From: Lama guanicoe | Lineage: Eukaryota | NCBI GenBank assembly: GCA_013239625.1 | Contig: MU057102.1 | Span: 1,141,432-1,205,431, forward strand | Direction: 5' to 3' | Length of the DNA: 64,000 nucleotides | Shown: positions 1-12,030 of the stretch, piece by piece | Layout: every line of letters starts with the position of its first letter | How positions within the stretch are numbered: the stretch's first letter is position 1 | The notes under the pieces: generated by a model | Told to the model about the DNA's origin: nothing | The model's database searches: none | What the model saw: the letters and a program-made list of their open reading frames with translations, nothing else | Made by a program: the position numbers and the translations under genes

Positions 1-2119
1 TCCATCCCCTGCGGGTCGGGCCCTGTGTTCCAGGATGCAGTGGGTGCCCCGGACCAGCAGGCGGTGTGCAGGGCCCTGCCACCATTGTCCTCCATCACCC
101 ACGGGCAGAAGGTGTGCCACCCACCTCTGTGTCTCGGGGCCCTGTTTCAAGTGGGATTAGTGGTCCCTGTTCGGTGGGGATGGAAGGGATGGTGATGCTT
201 CCACCAGGGGACAGAGTAAAGGTTCCATCGAACTTTGCTGTTGGGGGCCTCCGACCAACGGACCAGAGGCAGAGCTCCTCTCCTGGGGGTGGGAGGGGCA
301 AGATAAGTGACCCTGATCATCACGAGCTGGAGATGCCCCCACGGGCAGGAGGAGTGAGTCTGGAGCCCAGAAGACCACGGCGACGTCTCTGGGCTCTTCC
401 GCCCAGAGGTGACAGTTAACAGGCAGTGCAAGGACAGCTGTGTGAGGGGCCAGCACTGAGGGCTCCGGGACGGTCTGGGCCTCCCGTCCCTCAAGCGACC
501 CTGACGGGAGTGCTGGCCAGGCGTGGGTGGGGCCTGGAATGGTGGGGGAAGAGGGTGAGCGAGCGAGCGCCGGAGCCCCGCGGGAGCTACGGGCCGTCCC
601 TTGTTCTGTTGAGCCTCCTGCATGAGTCTCTGTAGAGACTGGGGTCTGCCGAGAGGGTCCCTCGGTGGCCTGGTCTTGACTGGGCGTGAGCAGGGCTGAG
701 CCACGTGAGGGCTGGGCTGCGCTGGGAGTCTCAGATGCTGCCCTGCAAAGTCTCTTCAGTTCTGCCCCGGGCTTCACTGACACGTGGCGGGGGTGCCCAC
801 GGGATTGCCCGGCATGCAGCCTGGAGGTGCGAGGCCATCCACAGCCCAGGCCACCCCTGACCGAGGGGCCGGGGAGTCTGTGCACCCACAGCCCTCTTCA
901 AGGCTCAAGTGGGCGATTCTGAGGCACATTCCACGCGGCTCACAAGGTCTCAGTGGGATTAAGCCCCAGGTGCCTGCAGGGTGACCAGCTCGGTAACATC
1001 CCTCATCGCTGCCCTTGACCTGTGGCTCCCTCCCTGGGCCCCCTCCTGTCCCCCGGGGTCACTGTCACAGGAAGTTTCCTCTTCAAATCCCTGTCTCCCT
1101 TTCTGGAGGGGGGTTGGCGGGGGCCCAGGCCAAGGCAGGGAGGGACTGGACCGAGCAGGAGAGGGGGCTGCCAAGGCTGAGGGGGCTGTGTCCCTGGGAA
1201 CCTTGAGTGCCAGGCACAGAGCCCAGGCGGCTGGGCCCCTGGGAATCAGAAAAGTGGCCGAGCCTTCTGCCTGAGCTACCTGAGTGACTGCGATTGTGGA
1301 CTGGCCCTGTGGAGGTTCAGAGAGACGGCAGGAACCACAGATGTCACTCACGGGGGGGTGGGTGAGGAGGGAGGGAGACAGAGACAGAGAAATAACGGGG
1401 GAGGAATTGGAGGGGCCAACAGGAGCCAGGAGTGAGGGCAAGGCAGGCGGAGCAGCCCTTCTCCAGCCGAGTTCTGAACCTGGGGCTGGAGAGAGATCCA
1501 CAGGCTGTTTTCTCTGCGGAAGCTCACTGGGAGGATGTTCTGGACGCCTGGGGTGGGAGGAGGGCTAATTCATTAGAAGGGTGGGTGCCCGAGGGCATCG
1601 GAACTCCGTTTTCTTAAGAGACCCTTGATGAGAAAGGCTGATGTGGAAAGGCCAAGATGCGTTCTGTGGATGCTGGACGCCTGCGCCGTGGCTGCTGGCT
1701 CCCTTTCTGGGAGCCGCCCCGGCCTCACTGCATGAGGGGGAGTGGGAGGGTTTAGAGGAGTTCTTGCTGCTAGCAAGTAATCCGACCTGCTCTCCAGACA
1801 GCGAGCTATCTGCTTTCTGGACCTCAACTAGAGGGATGGAGAGGCAGCGACGAGACAGCAGTGGGCCCACAGTCTCCAGCTTCTAACTGAGGAAAATCCC
1901 GCATGTGGGTTTTGTGAGCAACTATGTCCATAACCTGAACGACCAGCCACAGAGGAAGAATCTGCTGCTGTCATGCTGTCATTCCTTTCCGGGCCTCAGT
2001 CTTCTCATCTTTAAAATGGGAACACTCACAAGGACCTTGCAGGCTGTCTGGGACGGTCTGATGGGATGTAAGCCGGTGCTCAGTGACAGGTCCCCTCTCC
2101 ACAGGTGAACAGGTGGCAT

Positions 2120-2577
2120 TGAGACAGGCTGGGACCCCCTGCTGCTCGCAACTGGACAAACATCTCGAGCAACAAAACACGAAGAAATGGTAAGGGACTA
2201 AAAACAACTGCATGCATGTGCTATTGGGGTCAAATTATGAACAAAGAGATACAAAAAGATCAAAGACCCAAGTGCCACCTCTGAAGTGTCAGGAACAAAA
2301 GCAGGGTACCTCAGACGATCCTTGCACACAGGACCACCAAGGGGGTGGGCAGACCACCTAAGCCCTCCTCCGGCCTGACCCCTGGGCCCGCCCCCCTCCT
2401 CACCCCATTTAAGGGACCAGCTCGCCCCTCCTCTGGGAGCACGGGCCCCTGTTACTTGTTCTCGCTCCCTGGTGCTGCAGCATGAGCCCCAGTAAAGCCT
2501 TGCCTGAGTTTCTCCTCTGCACTCTTCTCAATTTCTGTTAAGAAGGTTAAGAAGTCCAGGAACCCTGACTGGTAACA
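2120..2577 (+). mobile_element. ERV1-class solo LTR
   Basis: TG...CA termini (TGAGACAGG...GGTAACA), 458 bp, TATA-like ATTTAA near 2407, AGTAAA at 2491, 4-bp TSD-like flanks gcat/gcac. Confidence 0.75.
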
Positions 2578-2761
2578 GCACGGGAGGCCCTCAGTGGCCC
2601 TGGCCGGTGTGGACCTCCCGCCGCAGAAGTCAGGACCCTGAGCAGAACGACCACCACAGCCCGGTGAAGCGCCCTCCCTGTGCCTGGATGGGGGGTCGGG
2701 GAGGGGGCTGCTCACCCCCAAGCTTAGGGTCTGACCCTAAAGAGGATACTGGTGGGGCGCA

Positions 2762-3107
2762 TATCAGAGAAAACCCAGAGCTGGACGGCAGTGAAAGCAG
2801 TGATTTTATGCAGGAATATTGCCGTAGGTTAAGAGACGTCTGTGAGGAAGTGGACAGGTGGGTTTCATAGCCCAGGAGTGGGTGGGGTCAGTGGATGGAA
2901 ATTTCTAAAAGGGAACATCTGGGGTGGGGTGGTCCTGGTTAAACCTGCTTTGTAGGATCCCTGCTGAAGGCCGGGCATCGGGCGTCCTTGGGGAGCAGTG
3001 GGATGTAGCTTTGACTGGCTTAGCTGGGTTCTGGCTCAAAGGCTGGGCCCACTGGCAAAAGGGCTGCTGGGGCTGGACCAAGGTTTGGTCCGAGAGTGTC
3101 TTGGTCA
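2762..3107 (-). mobile_element. ERV1 solo LTR, MER4-group-like
   Basis: Minus strand starts TGACCAAGACACTCTCGGACCAAACCTTGG and ends CTCTGGGTTTTCTCTGATA, resembling MER4-group LTR ends as recalled; flanks cgca/caca. Confidence 0.6.
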
Positions 3108-6100
3108 CACACACGGGTCAGATCCAAATAGCCCTGCAAAGGCTTCGAAAGCTGAATGGGCCTGGGAACCGCCGTCCACGCCAGCTTGACCACCTCCAGG
3201 TAAAAGCAGTGTGTTCCTAGTTCAGAGCCTGTCGGGAGAGGAGACCAACTTGTTTCGTGTTTTCAGGGGGTGATTACCTGTGTTAACACTTGTGCAAACC
3301 GGACGCCAGAGCAAAGTGTATTTTACTGTATGTAGACCTTGTGAAAAAAGGCGTGGGGGGTGAGCCCCGTGATTTCTAGTGGGTCACAACCACCAGCATT
3401 TCTTATCGCACCGTTGCTGTGGGTCAGGGGCTCGGGTGAAGCTGCAGTTGTGGTGTCGGCTAGAAGCCGGGGGTGATGGCTTCCGAGCTTGCTCACATGC
3501 GAGCCTCATTTTAGCGATGAAAACCCTGACGCTTAGAAAGGTTAAGTGTCTGACTCAAGAAAATACGACCTGATGTGTCAGAACCGGGTGTCTCTCTTTC
3601 CACCCCACCCTGCGTCCTCTGAAAGGTGGGTGCGGCGAGGGGCAGCCTGTTCCTGCCCAGAAGGGTGCTTGCTGTTTCCTGGGAAGGGGACTTGCTCCGT
3701 CCTTGGTGGCAGCTGCCATGGCCGGGGGCCCACGCGGGCTCCATGGTTACCGCCAGGCGGACAGCGCTCTTGCTTCGTTCCTGCCCGGACCTCACAGGTG
3801 TTACTTAGGCCGGGGAGGGGGCACTGGTGCAGGGGCTGTTGCCGGGTGCCCACCCAACTCCCCAGCTCGGGCTCACCCCCCTTAGCTCCTCGCTGTAAGA
3901 GGGCGAGGCCAGAGCGCCCACCTCTAGGGCTGCTGTTGTGAGCGGACGAGGGCTCGTGTGAGCGGTGACCTGAGTTAGCACAGGCTGGGGACAGTGTCAA
4001 TCACTGCAAGCCACTAATACGCATTATCCACCGGGAAATTCTGAATACTGTTGTGTGATTAAGAACCAGGGATCTAAGTGAAGAGAACCAGGTGAACCCT
4101 GCGCAGCACTTCCTGGAAGCCATGTCCCTCTCACTGGTTGAGGGGTGATGAGAGGGACGCAGCCTCGCAGCCTCGGGGCGCTCCTTCTGCTGTGGCCTCC
4201 GGGGTCTCAGGCAGGTCCCAGGCGGTGATCTATGCGGCGCTGTGTGCTCAGTCTTCCACGAGAGGGCAGTGGTGGGCAGGAGCCACCCCAAGGTTTGGCC
4301 TGAGCGTGAACGTGGGGTCGTGCAGGCAGCTGGTCTGATGTCCAGAGAGGGGGGAACCGAGGTCCAGAGAGGAGGGACTTGCCCAAAGTCACTCAGAGAG
4401 AGAGTTCCCCACTCCCCGGGCTCCTTGGGGCTCATTCCCTTGCCTGTTCACAGTGGGGGTTTGAGGGGAGACGTGCGTGAGCCAGTGAAAACACCTTAAA
4501 GAATCAAAAACGGAGGGGAGGGGACCGTCCCCAGCCCAGGGTCCCTGAGGACGGGGGCTCCGGCAGCCCGCATTCCGAGGGGCCTGCCGCCAGTACGCCC
4601 ATCCTCGGGCTCGTCAGCTTGCTCAGAAACACCTTCATTTATAAGCGTGCGCACAAAAGATGGTTTTTATTATCCACCTGTCGCATTTGTTTTGATTACA
4701 AAACAATCCTCTTCTGATTGAAAAAGCGACACACCCTGAAAACACAGAAGGAGTATCACAGACGCTGAGTGGCCCGACCTGATGATGACAGAGAACGTTT
4801 TTGTGTTCTTCATCCAGCCTTCTTGCCCTCTAAAGAGCATTTTCAAAGCAGACCTGACTCCAATCGTCAGTTCGCTTTGAAACCCCTTCCCTGGCCTGGC
4901 CTTGCAGAACATGTCACGAATACTTTCATGTGATCGGTACTCACCCTGCCGTGACATCAACAATCGTTGTCCAGAAACTTCCCACTGTCTGTGGCCTGGG
5001 TGGGACCCCGGCCCTAGAGGGAGACCCTGTGATCATGTTCCAAGAGCCAAGTTCAAGTCCACATGGCCTTGGGGTGTAGCCCAACCTCCTGTTCGCGTGT
5101 ACAGCTGCTCTGCTGCTGGTCATGCCTGTCCCCGCCAGGCATGCAGCTCCCAGCCTCGCGTTTGCCCCTGTTTACCTCTGGCTGCCGGGAGCTCTGCTGT
5201 CCCAGAAGGAATCAGCCCGAGCATCATCCATTTAATTTGGAGATCCTGCCCGTGCGTGTCTCAGCCTGCCAGTCCACACTCACTGTCTAGGGTCTTCCAG
5301 CTTCTCGTGGGTCCTCCTCACTCAGGAGTGGTCGTGCCCGCCCCTCAGGCCACCTTTCTCCTGTCACCGCGTCGCTCACCCTGGGCCCCTCCCCGTCGTG
5401 GGGAGGCTCTTCCAGAAGAGCAGCCGCAGCCTGTCCTGCTCACCGCAGGGCCCGCGGGCCGGCCTGGGGCCGCCCTCCCGGGTCACGGCTGCTGGGCGTG
5501 TGTCGCCCTTGGCTTTAGTGTTTTCAAAGCAAGATTTTCAAAATGGTCTTTAAGAGGATACATTTAGGACGCAGGGGATTTGTTTGTTTTTAAGTGAATT
5601 TGGGCTCCACAGCGCCAGTCCCCACGGCAGGACAATCTGCACGTCTCACGCACATCTCACGCACATCTCACACACGTCAGGGCGTTTCCGATTCTGAGCC
5701 TATCGGGTCTGGGTGCCAGGAGGCGGGTGCGAGGCTGCTGCGCCGTGGGGAGGGCTCTCACAGAGGACGGAGGGGAGACTCCAGCCCCGCCGCCCGGGCG
5801 CCGAGGGGAGGGATGATGCCCGCAGTCCGCCAGGTGGGAGGGTGTCTGCTCTGGAACCTTGAACCCCAGAGAGCTCCCAGCCCGGCCCCTTCCTGACTGC
5901 AAATGAGGAAACTGAGGCCCAAAGAGAGCTGGGTATTGTCTGCAGTGGTGCCAGGACTGAAAACTCAGGGCTCCTGACACAGCTCAGCCGGGTGAGAGGA
6001 CCCGCTGGGCTAGGGGAGGGCAGAAGTCGAGTCTCTGGCAAAAATGATCCTCCAGACTCGAGACCTGACTGGCGGGAAATCCCGCGGTGGGACCCCAGCC

Positions 6101-7127
6101 TGGCACTTCCGGGGGAGATTCTGGGCCAAGTCGCTGGGCCGCTCAGGGCCTCAGTCTCTACTCCTGGAAACAGGGACTGGCTGGGTGGGAGGATCCTTGG
6201 AATCTAAGTCTGAGTGAGGTGCCCGGCCCCCTGCTGGCCCTTGACCTGGGGGAGGGCTCCTGAGGAGAGAAGCTGGACCTGACCACCGTGAGCCCCCAGC
6301 CTGGCCTCTCTGGGGCTAGTGACCCGCGCCCTCCCCTGGCCACTGCATGGGGCCCTGCAGGTCTGCGTAGGCCTGGGGCCAGGCAGCATCAGGGAGCTTG
6401 CGATGGGGGGTCCAGGAGCTCGAGGGTTCCAGGCAGGTTCCTGGGAACCGCACCACCCAGACTGGCTGCTGGGCTCCCCCTGGGCCCAGGGAAGCGGGGG
6501 TCATCGCTCAGTCCTCACAGGGCACCAGCTAGGGAAGCGGTGAAGCCCCCGATGGCGAGGGCCTGCGAGAGCTCACCCTCCAAGACGCGTCAGTGGGCCC
6601 ACAGCGAGCTGCCTGGGAGCGCTGCCCTGGGCATCCTGACCTTCCAGAACTGCCAGATGTCTGGCTTTAGGGGAATTCTCTACCTTCAATTGCTGGGAAA
6701 GAATCAAAGGTCTTTAAGCCCTGCACCTGGGGCCGAGGGCAGCTGACAGTTGGCGACACTCACAGGGATGTGATCTCTGAGGCCAGAGCCGTGGTCCCTA
6801 CAGGCCGGAGGCGGGTGAGCCCAAGGGCCGACAGAAAGAAAGCCCAGGTTCTAGACTGAAGGGGCCGCCTGCCCAGCCGTTAGCAGGCGTCAGCCTGCAG
6901 TGTCGGCGCGCCCTCACAATAAAAAGCAAAGAAACGTGCCAGGCACTTCATACCTCTTTCCTTCATTCATTTGTTTGTTCATCCACAGAGGGGCTGAGAG
7001 CCGAGTGGCCAGCTCCTGCCCAGCCCCGAGGCCGCCTCAGGCCCCGCGCCTCCCGCCTCTTCTCCCGCGACAGCATGAGTCACTGCTGAGAGCCAGCAAG
7101 ATGCCCAATAAAAATACACATCTGGGA

Positions 7128-7194
7128 TGTGTGTATGTGCATGTGTGTGTGTCTGTGTGTATGTCTGTGTGCACGTGTGTGTACTTGTGTGTGT
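7128..7194. repeat. Degenerate (TG)n microsatellite
   Basis: tgtgtgtatgtgcatgtgtgtgtgtctgtgtg... Confidence 0.85.
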
Positions 7195-7219
7195 GGCATT
7201 GCTTCGAGTCCTCAACACT

Positions 7220-7370
7220 TACTAACTCACTTATTCTCACTGACGCTGATGAGCTGGGCCAAGTGTCTAGTGTTCTTCCATTTCAAAGACAAGGAAAGGG
7301 AAGCACAGAGAGGTTAAGAGACTTGCCTCAAGTCACACAGCCAGTCCTGGAAGCCGGGGTCCTGACCCTT
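7220..7370. mobile_element. MIR SINE relic (others near 1985, 5900, 30000, 57600, 59200 and 59830)
   Basis: gaagcacagagaggttaagagacttgcctcaagtcacacagc, the MIR core. Confidence 0.6.
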
Positions 7371-7475
7371 GCGGCTCCGGGGTCTGTGGAGGGTTAGGGG
7401 AGGTGTGTCAGTCATAGGCCCCAGGTGACTCTGCCCACGTATTTGAATGTCTGAGGGTAGACGTGCCGTTTGGGA

Positions 7476-7650
7476 CAGGGCTGCTCAGACTTGCCTGATG
7501 GCAGGGGCCACTGGGGAACTTGTTAAAAATCCAGATTTCTGGGCCCTTCCCCAGAAGGTGCTGATGTGGTGGGTCTGGAGTCGAGAATCTGTAACTTTAA
7601 GGACACCCCAGATGACTGGTGAGGAGCCAGTTTGGGAAACGTCCTCTCTG
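7476..7650. mobile_element. MER5A-like hAT relic
   Basis: cttgttaaaaatccagatttctgggccc...agaatctgtaactttaa...ccagtttgggaaac. Confidence 0.6.
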
Positions 7651-7899
7651 GACACCCTCTGAGACCCAGTGCTGGCCTCACACAGGGCCCAGCACACAGC
7701 AGGTGCTCAGTAAATGTCTGTTGAACTCCCAGCGACAGCCCCAGCAAGAGTCATGAGCACCCCTCAGCCCAGCTGAGGGGTGGCCTAGCAGCTGTCAAGG
7801 GCCAGCCTCCCTCCTCTCTGAGGCACAGGGACAAGGGAGGTGGCATCCGACGCCCCGTGTCCCCAGAGCCCCGGCACACACCAGACCCTGTTGCCAGCG

Positions 7900-8276
7900 G
7901 GCAGCCCCTTCCCGCCCCGCTCTGGAATGCTGAGCCAGGATTGCTGACTTCCGATGGCTGATAAGTAGGAAGAAGGTCAGTGGAGCCGACTCGGCCCCTT
8001 CCCGGAGGGCTGGGCTGGCCGTGGGTGCAGCCAATGACCCGGGCTGATCGCTCAGGCCACCTGATTGTAGCCTGGAGGCCGGGCTGGCTGAAAATGTGCA
8101 CCTTCCTGCCCGGAACAGGCACTGCACGGCGGGGACCATCCTGAGGGGCCCGGAGAGCCTCCCTCTTCCCTTCCTTGGCCGGGAAGTTCCAGCCCCCTGG
8201 CTGGTCTGTTCCAGGGGAAGCCGCCCCTTCGCGGCAGCCCTCAGCCCCGAGTGTGCCGAGTCACCTTCCGGGACAG
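7900..8276 (+). promoter_or_regulatory. Candidate distal promoter/enhancer with possible first exon
   Basis: GC box CCCGCCCC (7911), TGATAAG (7959), NF-Y-type AGCCAATGA (8029-8037), several GGAA/TTCC ETS cores, donor CAG|gtgaga at 8277. Confidence 0.4.
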
Positions 8277-9779
8277 GTGAGACCACGGGAGGGTGTGTGA
8301 GAGGGGTGCACCCTGAAAGCGGCCTGGCCAGGCAGCGAGAAGCAGGGCAGTGCTCAGGTAGTCTGAGAAAGGGGCCAAGAGCTGGTGGTGAGGCTGGATG
8401 TTGGCAAGGAGGCAGTTGTGAGGCAGGGAGGCGCCTTCCCACGGGCGGGGGGAGGGGAGGGCTCTGGGGCGCCCAGTAGGCAGCAGCCCTGGGCCTTCTG
8501 GTCGTTCTGATCTTGGCTGAGCGGCTAGCAGTGAGTGGCTCAGTTTGAGTGTCTGCAAAATGAGACCGTGTTGGGGCTTCGTACAGTGTCCAAGGCGGTC
8601 AGGGCTGCAGCCCAGGGCTCGTGACCCTGGAGGGAAACAGGAGCCATGGGCCTGGAGGCTGGGGGCCGGGTCCTGGCTTTCCCTTGCCTCTAAGTCTGCC
8701 TCACCTTCCCTGGACATCCCTGGGCCCGCCCCTCGTTCCTCAGCCGTGGGCCTGTGCTTGGGTTTTGAACGGGGAGGGGGCAAGAGGAGACGACAGGCTG
8801 TAGGTGCAGCGGGTGGAGAGGCTCTGTCCCCGCTGTCCTGGGGTGCACAGTGGACTTTGCGCAGACTGGCCCGGAGGTGAGGGGGCAGCCCTGCGGCCCG
8901 GGAGAGGCGGGACACCTCTGAGCCTCCCTTACAGTGAGCCTGGTGACCCTCCGCCCTCCCCTACAGGGGCTGCGGTGCCGCCCCGGGAGTGTTGTTTACA
9001 GAATTCTCAGCTGATTTTGGGAGGGACCCGTCCTCACCCTCTGTTCACAGAGGGGCCCCGAGGTCACTGGCAGGCAGCAGCTGGAGCTGGGGTCTCTTCC
9101 AAAGGCCTGCCTCGGTTTCCCTGGTGCTTCAGGGACGGTAAGGGGAGCCAGGCTTGGGAAGGCTGACCCAAGGCCACACGGCAAGTCCCTCTGGGACAGC
9201 TCCCTCCGGCGTCTTTGGGCCCTAATTCTTCTCTCCACACACATCCAGGCTGTTCCACCTTACCAGGCCTTTAAAAAATAGATTTTATTATTAAGAACAG
9301 TTTTGGATTTACAAAATAATTGCAAGTACAGCACAGAGAGCTCTCCTGGCCCCGAGCCAGTCTCCCCTGTTACTAACATCACACAACAGTGAGGTACGTC
9401 TATCACCACTTAGGAGCCAATGCCGGTTCGTTGTTATTAAGGAAAACCCCTATTTTATTCAGGTTTCCTTGGTTTTACCTAATGTCCCCTTTCTGTCCCA
9501 AGATTGCGTCCAGGACACAGGTGACATTTAGTCAGCGCGTCTCCTCGGGCTCCTGGGCTGGGACTTTCCTCGTTTTGGTTTTGTTTTGAGGAGCTTGGTT
9601 GTGTGTTTTGTAAAACGTTCCTCAGTCATGCCTTGTCTGCTGATTGCTTGTGGGTAGACAGAGACCATGGGTTATACTCAAACACAAACTAATTGGGGCC
9701 CAAGTTTTTCCAGCTTTGGCCACTGGGAGCTCTTTCAGTTGGCCCCGTGCTCCTGCAACATGCCCGTCACTGTGGGATT

Positions 9780-9820
9780 TCATTCTTCATTCCTTCATTC
9801 ATTCATTCATTCATTCATTC
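9780..9820. repeat. (TTCA)n microsatellite
   Basis: ttcattcattcattcattcattcattc. Confidence 0.85.
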
Positions 9821-10164
9821 TGTACACCCTTCCTTTCCTGGCACTACGAGCCCGTTCTCTGTGCATACTTCCTGGCCCAGTCCTAGGACGAGACATTCCC
9901 TCAAGAGTCCTGATTCCTCTTGTAGGAGAAAGGGCTGCGACGCCGACATTCACTTGCACTCCAGTGTGCTTGCTGCTCCCTGGGGTCTTTCCTTTTAGGC
10001 CCCCTCAGCTGGCAGGACTGGGGGCTGTACGTGCACATGTACCGTGCATAACCCGTGTATATGAGTCTACCGTGTGCACACGGATCCGTGTGTGTGCACT
10101 TATCTGTGAGTTAGTACGTATATATGTGTATACTAACTCGTGTTTATACACATACGTACTGTTT

Positions 10165-10335
10165 CTTTCATTTATATATCTATTCATATTTTTAAAACTT
10201 TATTTGCTTTTTGAAGGGGAGGTAATTGGCTTTATTTATTTATTTACTAATGTTTTTTAATGGAGGCACTGGGGATTGAACCCAGGACCTTGTGCGTGCT
10301 GAGCCCGCGCTCTACCCCTGAGCTGTGCCCTCCCC
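10165..10335 (-). mobile_element. tRNA-Ala-derived SINE (camelid vic-1-like), inserted in an old L1
   Basis: Minus strand GGGGAGGGCACAGCTCAGGGGTAGAGCGC...GGTTCAATCCCCAGTGCCTCCA followed by an A-rich tail containing AATTACCTCCCC. Confidence 0.85.
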
Positions 10336-11559
10336 CAGCAGGTGTTTCTACAGGTACTGTGTGCACCTGAACCAAGCGGAACGCGGCTTCACACTGGTGT
10401 CTCCACCGCTGAGCCGTCACCCCCGACTCGCCACCCACCACCCATTTACGGAGCTGTCCTCGCTCCCCTGCTGGCTGCACTGTGGGAGCACAAGCCTCTG
10501 TAACCCAGGGCCCCTGGGGAGCGGGACCAGCCAGAGCCCCGGGCACTTGGGAGTCCTCTCAGCTCAGTCTTCAGGCTCCACCTGGGGCCGCGCTGGTGGG
10601 CAGGCACCACTCCCCTCCCTTCGGTGAGGCTGTGTCGTACGTTTGGGATGAACACAGTTCGCTGCTTTGACACACCCTGCGTCCATCCTGGGAATCCCCG
10701 TCCTCAGTTTTTAAAATTTGCACACATTAGGGTTTGCTCTGTGCTGTAAATTTTAATGTCTTTTAACAAACGCACAGTGCCAGGTACCCACCACCCCGGA
10801 GTCACGAGGAGTTTCACCACCCGGAGACGTCCCCTGTCCGTCCCCTACTCAGCCATCCACTGCAGCCGGTTTACTGCTCCTTCCACTTTCTTCTTATAAC
10901 CACGAGCAAACAGGAAGGTATCCCTCTGCAGAACACCAAAGGTAGCAGAGCATCTTGCTTTTGTCCCACTCAATGTGGCTCAGAGCTCTTGCCCGGGCCG
11001 CGCACGGAAACTGGCCTCATGCTGTTGGGTGCGAGTCTGCAGCATGATTTATTTGACACCTGGGTTACTGCCAAGGTGTCACTGGTATAGAGTCCCGCCC
11101 CGTCGGAGCCCTGTTGTCTCAGAAGTGGGCGGTCACATGCACTGCGATCCCAGAGGTGGGGCCGCCAGCCGAAGGGTGAACACTGCGGTTTTGCAGGCAG
11201 CCTGGTGACCCGCCCTCAGGCCGGCCCCTGTGCTGCTCTCCTCGCGGGCCCTCGGAGCTGCGCTGGCAGGCGCCGGGGCTGCGGAGCTGGGAGGTGACAA
11301 AGGGTCTCCTGGGAGCAGTTAGCACTTCTGGTTGGGAGGGACTGCGCACCACTTCATATATTTTCAGGACCTGGACAGGTAGGAACGGTCTGCTCCCAGC
11401 CCTCACTGTTTGCTTAGAGTCATCGGTCCCTTCCCCCAGGGCCCTGAATGGGGGTCGATGGCTCAGGTGCAGTTTAATGAAAAACAGCTGCTGGCAGAGG
11501 GCCGGGTCCAGCCTGACTCAGGGCCAAAACCTGCCGCAAATTTTGTTTGTTGAAAATTA

Positions 11560-12030
11560 ACAGTAAAAGAACTGAAAAACACAGCAGACACATCCCAGCT
11601 CCAGTACATTCAGCAAAAATACCTGGCGGGTCCTCAAAACCATCAAGGTCATGAAAAACATGGAAAATCTGAGAAAGTGTCACAGCCCAGAGCTGCCTAA
11701 GGAGAAAGATTCCTGAGGATGCGATCTGTCCCCAGTGGGCTCTGGGGACAGTTACGGACACTAGGGAGAAACCAAGGAAGCCAAGTGAAGCAGGAACTTT
11801 GGCTAATATTGATGTATTAGCGTTGATTCATCCATTGTGATGAAACGTGCCCTATTCACGTGGGACGGCGGTGGGGGAGCTGGGCGTGGGTGCAGGGGAG
11901 TGTCTGCACAGTCAGCGCAACCTTTCTGTAAGTCTAAAACTGTTTTAAACTAAGAAGTTTAGTTTAAAAAAACAACAGAAGAAGAGCCACTGAAACAATA
12001 CAAAACGAAACAAAACAAATAAAAAAAGAG
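11560..12030 (+). mobile_element. Ancient L1 (L1MC/MD-like) 3' end
   Basis: cctcaaaaccatcaaggtcatgaaaaaca, gcaacctttctgtaagtctaaaactgtttt, A-rich tail. Confidence 0.7.

Larger units (their letters stand above)
9275..10900 (-). mobile_element. Ancient L1 (L1MC/MD-like) 3' region, interrupted by a SINE
   Basis: AT-rich; aagaacagttttggatttaca, ttttacctaatgtcccctttctgtccca and gacatttagtc match old L1 3' ends as recalled. Confidence 0.65.

Noticed and set aside
5644-5678. 11-bp tandem TCTCACGCACA, about three copies
   Set aside because: Real but an ordinary short slippage repeat with no functional clue.
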